Origin: Octopus vulgaris
Taxonomy: Eukaryota
Length of the DNA stretch: 64,000 nt
Assembly (NCBI GenBank): GCA_951406725.2
Contig: OX597814.1
Location: 77,066,001 to 77,130,000, forward strand
Reading direction: 5' to 3'
Each line of letters starts with the position of its first letter. The first letter of the stretch is position 1. Both the position numbers and the translations under genes were made by a program. Of this stretch, positions 14,427 to 27,611 are shown piece after piece. The notes beneath the pieces are model-generated. The model did no database searches, had not been told where the DNA came from, and saw only the letters and a program-made list of their open reading frames with translations.

Positions 14427-14632
14427 TTACTCGACCAGAAGAAGATTTTAACTGGGCCCCACTTACAAGGTCATGCGCTGTTTATCTTGATATGAGATCA
14501 CCATGTCGCGCACATATGGCTGTGATGCATGTGCCTAGTGTACCCTTATCAGACGAGTAGTCATGATGGGCATACTGGGCTTCGTATATTTTAACCCAGT
14601 GTCACTTTGATGGCATGCACTGATCTCTCATT
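14427..14632 (+). mobile_element. 3' fragment of the TAA-tailed element
   Basis: Near-identical to 14036-14240. Confidence 0.75.
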
Positions 14633-14651
14633 CAATAATAATAATACTAAT

Positions 14652-14690
<39 letters not shown>

Positions 14691-14692
<2 letters not shown>

Positions 14693-16562
14693 CTCTCCCA
14701 AAGCTGCTCAATGATGCGCAGTATGGGTATAAAATGTTTGATGAAAATATAAATCATCTTATTTACATGGATGATTTAAAGCTTTTGCAAAAAATGACCA
14801 ACAACTCAAGGGCTTACTAGCGATAGTCAAACAATTCAGTGACGACATCAGAATGCAATTAGGCCTCGATAAATGTGCAAAAGCTACCTTTATCAAAGAA
14901 AAAATGACAGAAACGTCTAACGTTAACCTTGACCAGCAGAATGTCATAAAAGAACTAGACCCAGCGGAGATCTACAAGTACCTAGGGGTAATTGAAGGGA
15001 ACGGAATAAGGCATTCAGAGATGAAGGAAAGGATCAGGAGAGAATGCTATCGAAGAGTGAGAGCAATACTCAAGACAGAGCTGAATGCAAGAAACAGGAT
15101 CGAATTGATCAATGCATTAGCTATACCAGTCGTGACTTACAGTTTCAATATTGTTAACTGGTCAATTACTGAAATATGTCAGCTCGACAGAAAAATAAGG
15201 AAACTGTTGACAATGCATAGAATGCACCACCCTACGGCAGATACAGAACGACTCTATCTGCCAAGAAAAGAGGAAGGCCGTGGTCTTTTACAACTGGCAA
15301 TAACAATGAAGATTGCTACAATTGGCCTAGACACCTACCTGAAAAACTCTGAGGACTGGATGTTAAAACTTGTCTCAAAACATGAAAACAAGAAAGCATC
15401 ATACTCATTCACAAAACAGGCAAAGGAATATGTAAGTGAATTCCGAATACAACCAATTTCGGAATTAGAGATAGACATACAAGAAACAAGCACAGAAAAA
15501 GCTAAGCGCATGAAAACCCGTGCCAAAACTGCGGCCTTAGATATTCTGAATAATAAATGGCAAGAAAAACCTCTCTATGGCAAATACCCAAAGAGAGCGA
15601 AAAATGCAGATATAGACAAAGCCCTGAGCCATCAATGGCTAATGGCCTCTGGCTTAAAATCTGAAACAGAGGGGTTTATCATAGCAGCTCAAGATCAATG
15701 CCTACCAACAAGAAACTACCAGGCCAACAAATTAAAGAACGGCAGTAGCCCAAAATGTCGTGTATGCCGACAACAAAATGAAACAATTGATCATGTTGTC
15801 TCCAAATGCAGTCTTCTAGCGCCTACAGAGTACCTCAACAGGCATAATACAGCTGCACAATATATTCACTGGGTAATTTGCTAAAACCTGGATTTGCCCC
15901 ATGAAAAAAACTGGTGGGAGCACAATCCACCTCCAGTGCTTGAAAATGACCACATCTCACTCCTCTGGAACATCACCATTCAAACTGGCAGGAAGATAGA
16001 TGCAAATAGGCCAGACATCATATTGAAAGACTTCAGACAAAGAACATGCCTCTTCATTGATATGACTGTCCCAATCGATATAAACGTATCTGTCAAGACC
16101 TACCAAATACTGAGCAAATATAAAGATCTTGAAATAGAAATCAGCAAAATGTGGAAGCTGAAGACTAAAACAATACCTGTTGTCATACGTGCCCTGGGAA
16201 TGATAGCGAAAGGGACTAATTGCTACCTGACTCACATACCAGGAAACCCCAAAATGGCAGAAATCCAAAAGATAGTGCTCATGGGAATTGCTCATATCCT
16301 ACGCAAAATACTCTCTATGTAATCCCAAGGTTTAAAACAAACTTTTTTATTTATTTATTTATTTATTTTAATTTATTTTATTTTATTTTTAAAATTTTTT
16401 ATTTTATTTTCATGTATTAGACATTCACTAGTACAACACCAAAAAAAAAAACAAAAAAAAAACATAAATATATGGCACAGAACTTCCAACCTGTTGTCTC
16501 TTGAGGTCTCTAGGTGAGACTTGGAGCCAACTTGTACAGACATAAAGCAAAAGTCAAACATA

Positions 16563-16564
<2 letters not shown>
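14691..16564 (+). mobile_element. R4/Dong-clade LINE family 1, 5'-truncated (copy C)
   Basis: YMDDLK, ORFs 14853-15884 and 15894-16322 with knuckle and RLE domain; (TAA)n on both sides; inverted relative to copy A. Confidence 0.9.
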
Positions 16565-16650
<86 letters not shown>

Positions 16651-16651
16651 T

Positions 16652-17157
16652 AATTCTTTTATGGGCTACAAGGGCTAATATAAATTATACATAAAAGACA
16701 ACAGAAGACGTTACAAAGGGTTTTCACATTCATGTAAACATTAAATAACAATCCAGAAGTAACAAGTAAAACTCCCAATAGTGGTAGGCTCTTTAATGGT
16801 TACTCGTAGAAAAAGCAACAAAAGCCACGTGTGCCTGATCAACTGGGCAAGAGCCCTTCTCCTTTTATTATTTTTACAGGTGTATTCTCAGAATTGGTCC
16901 ATTTACACTGGCCATTTTCCTAACATCCACCTACCTTTCAACAAATTTGATAGAAGACATTTCCCTCTCCACCCTCACTTTCCTTCTCAAGTGAGACTTG
17001 AAGTTGATGACGCTTTAGCCAAAGACGAAAGTGCATGTCTTTAGGCCTTTCAAACGTGTCCACCACACTACCTCTTTCTCTACAACCACCAGGTAAATAA
17101 AGAATTGTCTGCCCCGCCCGGTTAAAGGGAGTTGGCGGGGAAATCTTCACTATCGAT
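16652..17157 (-). pseudogene. Tx1-like LINE 3' end
   Basis: Reverse complement of 5467-5975. Confidence 0.75.
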
Positions 17158-17159
17158 TT

Positions 17160-19165
17160 TAGTTGCGTTGTCAAAGTTCTTTCGTCACACATTATGTGAA
17201 CCCTTCAACAATGCTCTAGCTCACACGTTGGCTAGACAAATAGTCTCCATCTTATACGGTACACTTTAGCGGGATTTAATAGTGATTCTGGCAATAGTGG
17301 GGCACTGGTCCATTTAGACCGATCTACTTCATTTGATAGGGTAACCATCGCTATCTGGTGTCCGCTCTGGCACAGTTCGGCCTGGGTCTTGGCTTCCTCA
17401 TGTGGTTCATTCAGATTTCTGACAACAGCGACTCGGTAGGTCGGGTGAACGGCTTCTTATCAAGGCCGTTCAACATCAAAAGCTCAGTTCGTCAAGGGTG
17501 TCCGCTCTCCCCGCTTTTGTACGTGATGGTTCTTGATCCATTACTGCAAAAATTGAGCGGAATCCCGACACAGCCGGGTTGTGTAAAGTCGGTTTAAGCT
17601 TATGCGGATGACATCACCATCATGGTAACCGAAATGGATCACCTACAGAGGATAGGCAATGTCATTAAGGTTTACGAGACGGTGGCAGGAGCAAAAGTTA
17701 ATCGTGAAAAGTCAGTCGGCTTGCAGCTCGGCACCTGGAGAATCAAATCGATGCCTCCTGACAGCGTCATGGGACGTTGGACGAAGGGTCCGATTAAGTT
17801 GCTAGGAGTTGGTTTGGACCAGACCTCCAGATAGAGAAGAACTGGACCGAGGTATCGAGCAGGGTGACCCACATAGTCAAGGCCTGGTCTTGGCGGTGGC
17901 TATCCCTGAAAGGGAGGACGGAGGTAGCCAATGTGTTCATCACGTCGGTCATCAACTACTGCCTAACCGTCGTTCCTTGCCCTGATTCGTGGTTGAACAA
18001 GCTGGAAAGACAGCTCTTTCCCTTTTTGTGGAGGGGCTTGAAACCGCTTGTGAAACGCTCTACTTGCTGTCAACAACCGTTAAAGGGTGGGCTAGATATG
18101 CGCTGAGGTTGAGGCATTTGTGGCTCTACCTGAATGGTGAACGGGTGTGGTCTCCGCTGGCGAAACGGATGTTTCCCAAATTCACTAGTTTCACTGGACA
18201 GGAATCCTCGTTCTATCGAAGATCGAAGTTGGGTACATGGTTTACGGAGTATCGCAATGCTCTCCTATTATTCCGTCGCTCGGTCAATGCTTGTGGTGGA
18301 GATTCCAACGCATTCTTTTATAGAGGGCTGGTAGAGGCGGAATGTGACGATACTTTAGGGGAAACCATAGGTCTTGACGATAATCAGCTGGCCAGTCTGT
18401 TCCAACGTACATTCGCGCCGGAGACGCTGGATAACTTTCAGAAGTATCTGGCATGGTAGTGTTACAGAGGAGCCTTACATGTTCGGGACAAGCTCACAAG
18501 GCATGGTGGCTTTGGCTCTTCGACCTGTCCTAGATGCGAGCGGTATAGGGAAACCGTTCCGCATGCAATTGTTCAATGTTCGGAGGTGTCAGATGTGTGA
18601 GTTTATGCTGAACAACTGTTGTCAAGTGCAGGAAGAGTACAGCTATCGACTGAGTGTATAGTAAAAATTGACCCTTTTGATTTCCTTTCGAAAGAAGGTA
18701 AGAATTGTTTTCTCATTGTAGTAGCAATTGCGAGAGAGGTAATTTGGAGAACGAGGCTGAAAGTCAGGCAAATGCATCTCTGGCCCTGAATTCGTGAATT
18801 ACTTCACCTTTTACCTTAAAAGGAAAATAGGGTTAGAGAGAAAATGCCTGACTGTGAAAATGTTTGAAAATCGACGTAAGAATGTAACATGGATGTTGCG
18901 TGTGGATGGAACCTCAAGAATGCGACACAGGATGTAACTCAGTTATCGGTGGCGAGGCGGGGCTCGTGGGGTCCGAATTAAACCCCCACCCCCATTTCAT
19001 CCGTAATGTCTTCCGGTCTGTTTTACCATTCAATTTTATTATATTTCCTTATTTTTGTAAAATTTTTTATGTCATCTTTTCTGTATAATCATTCGCTCAT
19101 CTGACCCCCAAATCAGATTGTATTGTCCCCTCTTTGTTGGCCCCTTGTGACTAATAGAAAATCGA
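17160..19165 (+). pseudogene. Tx1/L1-clade LINE, RT through 3' end
   Basis: RQGCPLSP, AYADD, TCPRCE..ETVPHAIVQC C-terminal knuckle; multiple stops. Confidence 0.85.
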
Positions 19166-19634
19166 TGTTGGATAGAGAATAGCTGAAATAGTTGTATGTG
19201 TGCATTACAGAGAAAACTCAAGACAGAATTCAAAATAGTGATTTTATGGTGGCCTATTATGGTATTATATTACTGGTATTCATGCCCTACCTGCTAAAGC
19301 TGTCCTGCCCTCTTTACTCAATGCTCATTGTAAATGCAATGACTCAGAAACGGATTTGTAACGCTTACAAACAACGACGCTATTCATACCAAAAGTCAAA
19401 AATACATTTAAGAGATCCTCAAGCTGTTAATAGAAATGAGGTACCAGATTCAGTACATGCACATCGTAAATACAATGATTCAGCAACTTATTTGTAAAGC
19501 TTGCAAACAATGGTGCTATTCTCAACAAAATCATTTTGATATATTCCCACCCAATTGACGCAAATTTGACGTCAACGTGGCTAATTCATTTCAGGGTTGA
19601 TTAAATAAAGTGCCAGTCAAGTACTTTATGCCAA

Positions 19635-19691
<57 letters not shown>

Positions 19692-19695
19692 AACA

Positions 19696-19766
<71 letters not shown>

Positions 19767-19864
19767 TCTTTATTCTTATTTACTCTATTGATTCACAATT
19801 CCACGCTCAAAATTCTTTGGCAGGAGCTTCAGGACACGCCAATCATATCAAGTTTGTAAATTGT

Positions 19865-20040
19865 TCAGTGAGGGTCCTCCAAAATCATTTCATGAATTTT
19901 TATGTTTACATTTAATCGGGAGATTGACGGTGGCCCTGAACGAGTTTGGTCCTCAAGCGACAAGTGACCATTTCTGAAACGTGAAAACCACTCGTATACT
20001 TGTGCTTCGCTCATGGCAGCGGCCACATAAGCAGTACGAT
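19865..20040 (-). pseudogene. Mariner transposase N-terminal HTH fragment
   Basis: MSEAQVYEWFSRFRNGHLSLEDQTRSGPP resembles the mariner WFxRFxxGxxSLEDxxRSGRP motif. Confidence 0.8.
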
Positions 20041-20282
20041 TGAACCCGACGAAACACAAGCGGTGGAATACAAAGACAAATAGAAAAGCTCATACACATA
20101 GATATTATACGCATATGCACGCTTTTATGGACTTTTTCAGTTTCCCTCTACCGAATACATTCACATATGTTGGGTTTAATACGAGTTATTTTTGCATTTT
20201 GCAGGGTGTCCTAATTATTGTGTCAGCTCGCCGCCTTAATAATAATAATAATAATAATTATAATAATAATAATAATAATAAT

Positions 20283-20345
<63 letters not shown>

Positions 20346-20370
20346 TATAATAATAATAATGTTAATAATA

Positions 20371-23068
20371 AAACTTCCTATGAAAATCTGACTTTTCTTT
20401 GCTTCCTCCCTGAATATTCAAATATAAATGTAAACATATACTTTTTATTGCAAAAACACACCTGTTCTTCTAACCGGACGTACAAACATCTCTAGAAAAG
20501 TCAACTTCAACCTCCACAATATTACCTTACACGAAATATACAAACACTTTTTATTGCAATAACACAAACGCACATGGAAAAAAAATGATGATGCTAAGAT
20601 TCTCTCTGGTCGAACACAACTTCTCTATTCACAAACAATACAGAACATCCCTTCCTTAATTTTTCCTAAGCCTAATAGTAGTAAACATCTGAACTTTTTT
20701 TTGACCGACAGGACCCCACCTAAAAAAAAAAAAAAAAAAAAAAAAAAGAAAAAAATATCACTGATGGTGATGATGATAATAATGATAGTAATAGTGCTGA
20801 TAATCTATCTATCTATCTACACACACACTCAAAGAGTTCAACCAACACAAACCTCATCTCCGCTCTATTGTTAACCAAATATGAAAGTATTATTTGACAG
20901 GCAAGAACTCTGGCGTTGAAGACAGTCAGCTAGCCAACCACCAAGCCAGCCAACGAGACAGACAGACACTACTGTGATGGTGATAATGATAAAAAAACAA
21001 AAATAACAATAATAAGATACTGCTGTGACTACACATAAAACAATATCATTGATGATGATGGTGGTGATGGTGATGGTGATGATGATAACGATGATGGTAA
21101 TGGTGGTGATAATGATGATAGTGATAGTAATGGTGATGATAACAATAATAAGCCGACTACGGCTGCTATAATGGTACGATTATAATTGTAACGGCAATGA
21201 TGGCCGTCTCCCCACGAGCCAACCAAAGCTAAAAAATGATAACATTATCGTAGCACCAAAATGTTTTTGGAAACTAAAAGGAAAACTAAATCAGTATACC
21301 AAATCGCTTGTCCTATGGTTAATCTGGAAGCGCGTCCCCCAGGGAAGAGTCAGCCTGGGATCGAAAAGTCATCAACTGGCACAAACTCTTCTCCGAATAC
21401 GGACATGGATGGTCACTTGAACGGGAAATCCCCAACTCGAGCCCTCCAAGTTCTCCACCACAACCACCACAGAAGGAAAAATGTAAGCGGAACAAATGGA
21501 CCCGAGAAGAGTATAAAGAAGTAATATACGCTTATTACTATGCATTAGGTAGGCCATCTCAAGAGAGACACACCGCAAACTCTTACAGTATATGGAGAAC
21601 ACGGAATCAAGACAGTAGGCCCTATTTGGACGAGAACAAATTAGCAAATGTGAGGAGGGATATCCTTAGAAATAACAGGCTCACAGACAGTGAAATAAGC
21701 GCGATCAAGCACGCAACGGAAAATGACATAAATATAAGACACAAAGGAAATGAAGAATCAGATGAACAGTATAGCCCGCCACGAGGCTTAATTGAAAGAC
21801 TGCCATCTGACCAAAGTACGCAAAGGCCTGAAGATACAAGAAATTCTATTGTACCTGTTAAAGATAGCCAGGAAAACGAAAAAACAACAGTAACTGAAGA
21901 TCTCGCATTTGCTGAAGAACACAGAGAGTCTATGGCAGAAATGAGGCAGAAAATCCTGAATACGCTTGAAGTTGTAAGACATACAAGTATGAATGATAGA
22001 GAACCACTTCATAAACTCTCAAATACAAACCAAAATAAAAAACAAATCCAAATTGGCAACTATGTAACAAATGAAATAATACGAGAATTAAAACCTGATT
22101 TTACTGAGTTAAATGAAATTATTTACGCTTCTGCTAGGGCAATTGAAACCAGCTGTATGCCCCCGAAAAAACAAAGAAAACAAAACCTGGGAAGAAATCA
22201 AACCTGGAGAAGTAAAATTGAAAAAGAGATTGAATTTATGAGAGGGGGAATATCAATATTAAATGAACTAATATGTGGAAATGATGTAAGATCCAGAACA
22301 GGAAGAAAGATGAAGAGAAAATTTGGATCCTCACCAAGAGAAGAACTGATATCAATAAAAGAAACGCTGAAACAAAAAGTCCAAGCAAAAGCCCAAAGAA
22401 TATGAAGATTTGAGAAGAGAAACAAGTTTTACAAGCAAAATAAGCTGTTCACATCCAATGCCAAAAAATTCTACAGAGAAATAGGGAAGGAGAAAGTAAC
22501 CGTTAAAGACCCCCTCCCATGGAAGAAGTTCAAAACTTTTGGAAAAGGATTTGGAGTGACAAGAAGACGTACAACATAAATGCAGACTGGATTATACAAA
22601 TTGAAGGATCCTACCAAAATTTACAACAACAAGCATGGGAAGACATCACAATAGCAGACCTAAGAAAGGCACTCACGAAGGCCCATAATTGGAAATCCCC
22701 CGGGAAAGATAGGGTGCCGAATTTCTGGCTCGCATCGCTCCCATGCGCACACGGTAAGCTAGTTCAGCTGCTCAATGGAATTATGAGAGACCCAAAGAAA
22801 ACACCAGAATGGTTAGTAAGTGGCATTACTTACCTACTCCCAAAGAATAACGAAACCAACCTTCCAAAAAACTATCGGCCTATAACCTGTCTATCCACCA
22901 CGTATAAAATCCTAACATCTATCCTGGCGGAGAAAACATATGCATTCATGGAGAAGAACGATATTTTCCCCATCGAACAAAAAGGGTGCCGCCGAGGCTC
23001 TTACGGATGCAAAGATCAACGGCTAATCTATCGTATGATCCTTGAGAACTGTCACAACAAGCGCAGAA
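20371..23068 (+). mobile_element. R4/Dong-clade LINE family 2, 5' half (copy D)
   Basis: Starts after (TAA)n; KLANVRR N-terminal motif, NWKSPGKD, NYRPITCL; cut at the duplication breakpoint 23068. Confidence 0.9.
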
Positions 23069-23069
23069 C

Positions 23070-23870
23070 ACACCTCTTGCGATTATTTCTTGCAACATTC
23101 TAAACAGATCTGTCGTACTAGAGCTGTGACCTCTGAAGGCGGAGATATAGAGGCTCGACCATGAAGTCCTTGCTAGTCAACCTTTCGTTTAATGTTACTT
23201 CGGAACCTTTCAAAGGAAACTCTTTTGTGATCACTTGTATTTGCGATTGTATTCTTGTGGTCATTAACCAACATTCATGGCCATATATGAGGAAAGGCAT
23301 GTAACACGAATTAAAGAAATTCAATTTGGTATTTTTGCTAACATTTCCTCTCTTCTGAGGATCGATTGCTGGTGCTGGTGCATTCTGTGACAGTACCAGT
23401 AATTCTAACGTCCAGTTCAGCCTCCTGCGTTCCATAAATCGTGGAACTTCACCTAAACTTCTCCACCTATCTCAAGGATATTCTATAAACAAAGAGAATG
23501 TGCTGGAAAGGCTGTTTTGAGATGACTAAAGCCTCAATCTTCACAGCACAAATTCTCATCCCTGTCTTGTAACACTCGTCAGCGAACCTATTAAATGCAC
23601 GCTGGAGAACACCTTTTTCTCATTTGCTAATTTCAATTGCAGAATGAGATTCAGAAACGTAAGATAGTTGTACACACACGTCAAACTCACTATAGAGTAG
23701 AGGATCGAAGTATTTTTCTTATCGTCCCCAGTAAACTCAATTCATTTGCGATGCCAAATTTAATTTCGCTCATCTGACCACCAGAAACTTTTCGTAGAAC
23801 CGACACTAGTGCTAACATGTCACCATTCTGAATATATCTTCAAGACACCAGTGTTGGACATCCTCAGTAG
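23070..23870 (-). pseudogene. Old RTE-like LINE RT fragment
   Basis: PFLIYGHECW matches the PxLxYGxExW motif; heavily decayed. Confidence 0.55.
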
Positions 23871-24165
23871 AGACCAAAAGCACTGCCCTACCTCTAAGTT
23901 GTAACACGACAGACTTTCGGTTAGTCTGTCACTTAATACACGCTTCTAACTGACGTTCTTGCAAAAAGAAAAGTTAAAATAAGTTAAATTTAAATTATAA
24001 GTGCACACCATAAAGAACAGAAAAAGATTAGATGTACCTTTTTTAGCAACGGTATTAATGGCATATAAATAAATTAACATCAAATAAATATATTGAGATT
24101 TCAGGTCTTATGCAAACGCATTTCGAGAACAGTATAATATTTTCTGCATTTTCTATTCGTTTCAG

Positions 24166-24344
24166 ATGAAGTTAAAGAAATTGCCAAGAAATCATGTACA
24201 GCAGAAAATGCTAAAGAGAATAACTTTTATTTCGCTCATCCAGAGAAAAATTACTTTATTCAATGTGACCAGTGGGGTAATTACCATGTAATGCAGTGTG
24301 CACCGGGTACACAATGGTCACAAAGCGTCCTTAACTGCATTTAA
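24166..24344 (+). CDS. Terminal exon encoding a 4-Cys chitin-binding type-2 (CBM14/peritrophin-A-like) domain
   Basis: Pyrimidine-rich tract and tttcag acceptor ending 24165, phase 1; reads EVKEIAKKSCTAENAKENNFYFAHPEKNYFIQCDQWGNYHVMQCAPGTQWSQSVLNCI*; absent from the ORF track. Confidence 0.75.
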
Positions 24345-24536
24345 CCAACCAAGCCGACGACGAGTAAATCCCCTAGTAACAATCCCTGTATGAAGGAGAA
24401 AATTGGCTTTGGTAATTTGTTTCCATTATTCAAATAAAAAATGTTCTTTATTCAATGTATCTCAGTTGGTATATACTTTGTAATGCCCTGTCGGCAAGGG
24501 TCATCGTGGTCAGAAAACTCGATGTCTTGTTCATGA
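24345..24536 (+). pseudogene. Relic second chitin-binding domain after the stop codon
   Basis: In-frame PTKPTTSKSPS linker, then NNPC...*..FFIQCISVG..FVMPCRQGSSWSENSMSCS*. Confidence 0.7.
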
Positions 24537-25033
24537 TAGATAACGACGAATTACCTAATTGTAATCCTTTCCAAAATGCTATTTTCTGATCTTTCTAACA
24601 TCTGAATAGGCGACTAGAAATGCCTGCTTTGTAAAACAATTGTGTGTACTGATTTTATAGTTTAAATTTAGCTTTGCGTTTTTCTAATGTGAAATGTTTC
24701 AAATATTGTTTTGGGTATATTTTACTATCGTAATATTTTGCCAGAGTGTTTTTCATTATTCTTTTTTTCTCATAACCGAAATATGATATGCTTTTGTTCA
24801 TTCATGTAACTTTTGTCCTGCGTATTGTATAAAATTCCATAAGTAAATATGATCTTCACATGAAAAGTATTATGGGGCTTATACATTATTACATACTTCG
24901 GAACTCTTAAAATATTTTCCGTCTATCTTCACAAAAATGTATTGTTGATGTCAAAACTTTTAAATATTGTATAATATATGTTTCTATGATATTTTCCTAT
25001 ATAATTTGTTATTGTTTTCGCTTTATATTTCTA

Positions 25034-25082
<49 letters not shown>

Positions 25083-26123
25083 TAACTCGATTAATATCTT
25101 TGGAATTTATTAGTAAAAGTCCATACAATTATATGTCTTTCAAAAGTTAGCGATGGTATCACAGAATTATATGTGTTGTAGCACCACAATATTTTCAACT
25201 TCCTCTTCGACCAAGGAGTAATACATTAATACTTCCTACCCGCAAATCTTAGCTTGTTTACCTTGGAATCTGTATGTTTATCTCAACTGCTTCTTCTCTC
25301 ATTTACATTGATGTCTAGCTGTAAATGATGCCTAGCGATCCCAGTCAATCCAGCCGATTTCAAACATTTCTTTTCTGGTTTAGATTCGGTATTTTCCTTA
25401 TTCTATTGTCGGAGGAAACCTGTGCACATAAATTTTGCATACTCTCAAAGATGTTCAGATTGATGCAACAGTTGCTCACTTTGAATTTCTCTATGCCGGC
25501 GGCTATGGGGAATAGTAGTAAATCGACTATGGAATCTCTACGTAATCTTAAAACTTATCGGAAATAGCAGAGAAAACCAGAAATTTTGGTTTGGGTCACC
25601 AGTTATATTTGGCTGGAAGTAATAAGCAGATTGCTTGTTAAGGGAAACAAAAGTTATTATACAACAGTAGAGGGGGAAAGGAAACAGTTAGTGTCTGTGA
25701 TAAATAGTGTACTAGTGAGTAAGTTATTGCTAAAGAGATGTAGACTACGGTGGTCTATGTGTAGCAATATTTCTAACTCAATATTGTGAGTCACACTTGA
25801 GTGCACAACTATCATGCTCGAAAAGCTTTGTGGACCCAGAATAGAGTGAATAAATAAATACATATATGCTGTATACTTATGTGTATACACGCACACACGC
25901 ACACACACACTCACACATACATATATATATTTTATATATATGAAGGATGAGTAGAGATGGCTTTTTGGAGTATAATTTTTATTTTAGTAATAATGTTTAC
26001 AGTGAATTACTCTGTAATGAATTTCAAGCTTAAAATAGCCGTTTTCAAACTAAAAAATGTTTTACTAGTTGCTTAAATAGCATAAAAATTTAAATAGCAA
26101 TATATATACATTTAAAAAAAGCA

Positions 26124-26124
<1 letters not shown>

Positions 26125-26154
<30 letters not shown>

Positions 26155-26285
26155 AAGAAGAAGAAGAAGAAGAAGAAGAAGAAGAAGAAGAAGAAGAAGA
26201 AGAAGAAGAAGAAGAAGAAGAAGAAGAAGAAGAAGAAGAAGAAGAAGAAGAAGAAGAAGAAGAAGAAGAAGAAGAAGAAGAAGAA
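26125..26285. repeat. (AAG)n microsatellite
   Basis: Direct reading. Confidence 0.95.
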
Positions 26286-26425
26286 AGAGAAGGAGACAGA
26301 GAGAAAAATATATTGCAGGAAACAAAATTCGACATACCGAGAAAGTTAAAAGATATTGTATTTGAAATACATATTACTGACTCGCAGGAAAGTGTCATCA
26401 CCTATTCTGCAAGAAACCTAAGAGA

Positions 26426-26594
<169 letters not shown>

Positions 26595-26639
26595 AAGAAA
26601 AATATTGTGTAACCAAATAAAGAATCAATATACCATAGT

Positions 26640-27570
26640 AGCTTTTATTTAACCTGCATAGATTATTAAGAAACTTTATAATATAAATAAATTTGAATAA
26701 AGTGAAATTAGAATTTTTGATACTCTCCTATATGGGATTGCAAAAATTCTATATATCTAGGGAATTTATTTAGTCCATCTTGATTACCTCTCTTCTATTA
26801 CTTTTTAATATATCTTATAGACTCTTGATATATGTGCTAATTGATACGGTTTTCTTCTTTTTTTTTTAAAGTTAGTAAATATTATGTCAAGCATATTCGT
26901 TTAATTTAACTCATTAAGAAAATAAATCACTATTTACTAACTAACTATGTATCTATATTAATAGAAATGGATACATATATATATTTATATAAATATGAAA
27001 TGATTTCTATATTTTCTATCCCTATATAAGATACTAACATTTATTGGAATGCTTTGGAAAAACTATCTAAAGGATTTTTATTTAAAATTCACAAGCGAAA
27101 TTATGGCTGTTGAATGGTAAGGGACATTAGAAATCTCAAGAGCATTAGTAGTCTCTATTCTCCCTACCCCACTAGCTTCAGCCTACTAACTTTTGCTAAA
27201 ATACATTCAAATATGCCTAAGTTAAATTCCTCAAAATGAGGATGGATTTATGGCTTTGACATTCGTACTATTCCTTCTTTCTATAAATAGAAAATATTCT
27301 TGTTTGTCTCCATTGAATTAAATGAAGAAACCCCCTCCCCATTGGTAGATCTAAATAACAAAGTGAACTCAATGATAAAAAATCTACAGATGGGGAAGGT
27401 CATTCTACTACCATGTTCTTAATGATGAAATTAACCTCTCTGTTTATATATCAACCCTCTTTGTAATGTTGGCAAATGAAATAAGTATATAAATGTACAT
27501 TGTCCATTTAATTAAAATATTCCATATGTGGCTGAAGATTGCTCGACATTTTGAAACCGATGTAATACTT
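26640..27570 (+). mobile_element. Probable decayed Penelope-like element ending in a partial hammerhead repeat
   Basis: 27490-27570 (atgtgg CTGAAGA ttgctc) is homologous to the repeat at 32614-32745; body not translatable by eye. Confidence 0.35.
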
Positions 27571-27611
27571 ACAGTGTTTAATAAAATGAAGTAGCATGAA
27601 ACGATTGTACA

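Larger units (their letters stand above)
16640..23068 (+). repeat. Inverted segmental duplication, copy 1 (partner 57571-64000)
   Basis: ORFs mirror almost exactly (19192/61143, 21029/59414, 17622/62806); paired coordinates sum to about 80640. Confidence 0.95.

Noticed and set aside
20202-20238. CAGGGTGTCC as a Tc1/mariner terminal inverted repeat
   Set aside because: Better explained as a decayed SINE head on the minus strand (aaggcggcgagctg...); no partner repeat found
24342-24344. Stop read-through by A-to-I editing (UAA to UGG)
   Set aside because: Needs double editing at two separate stops, and the second domain looks decayed; no supporting evidence
25325-25567. Hydrophobic ORF as the signal exon for the chitin-binding gene
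   Set aside because: Lies downstream of the domain exon and has no convincing splice donor
26065-26401. Poly-Leu and poly-Ser ORFs
   Set aside because: Translations of (AAG)n
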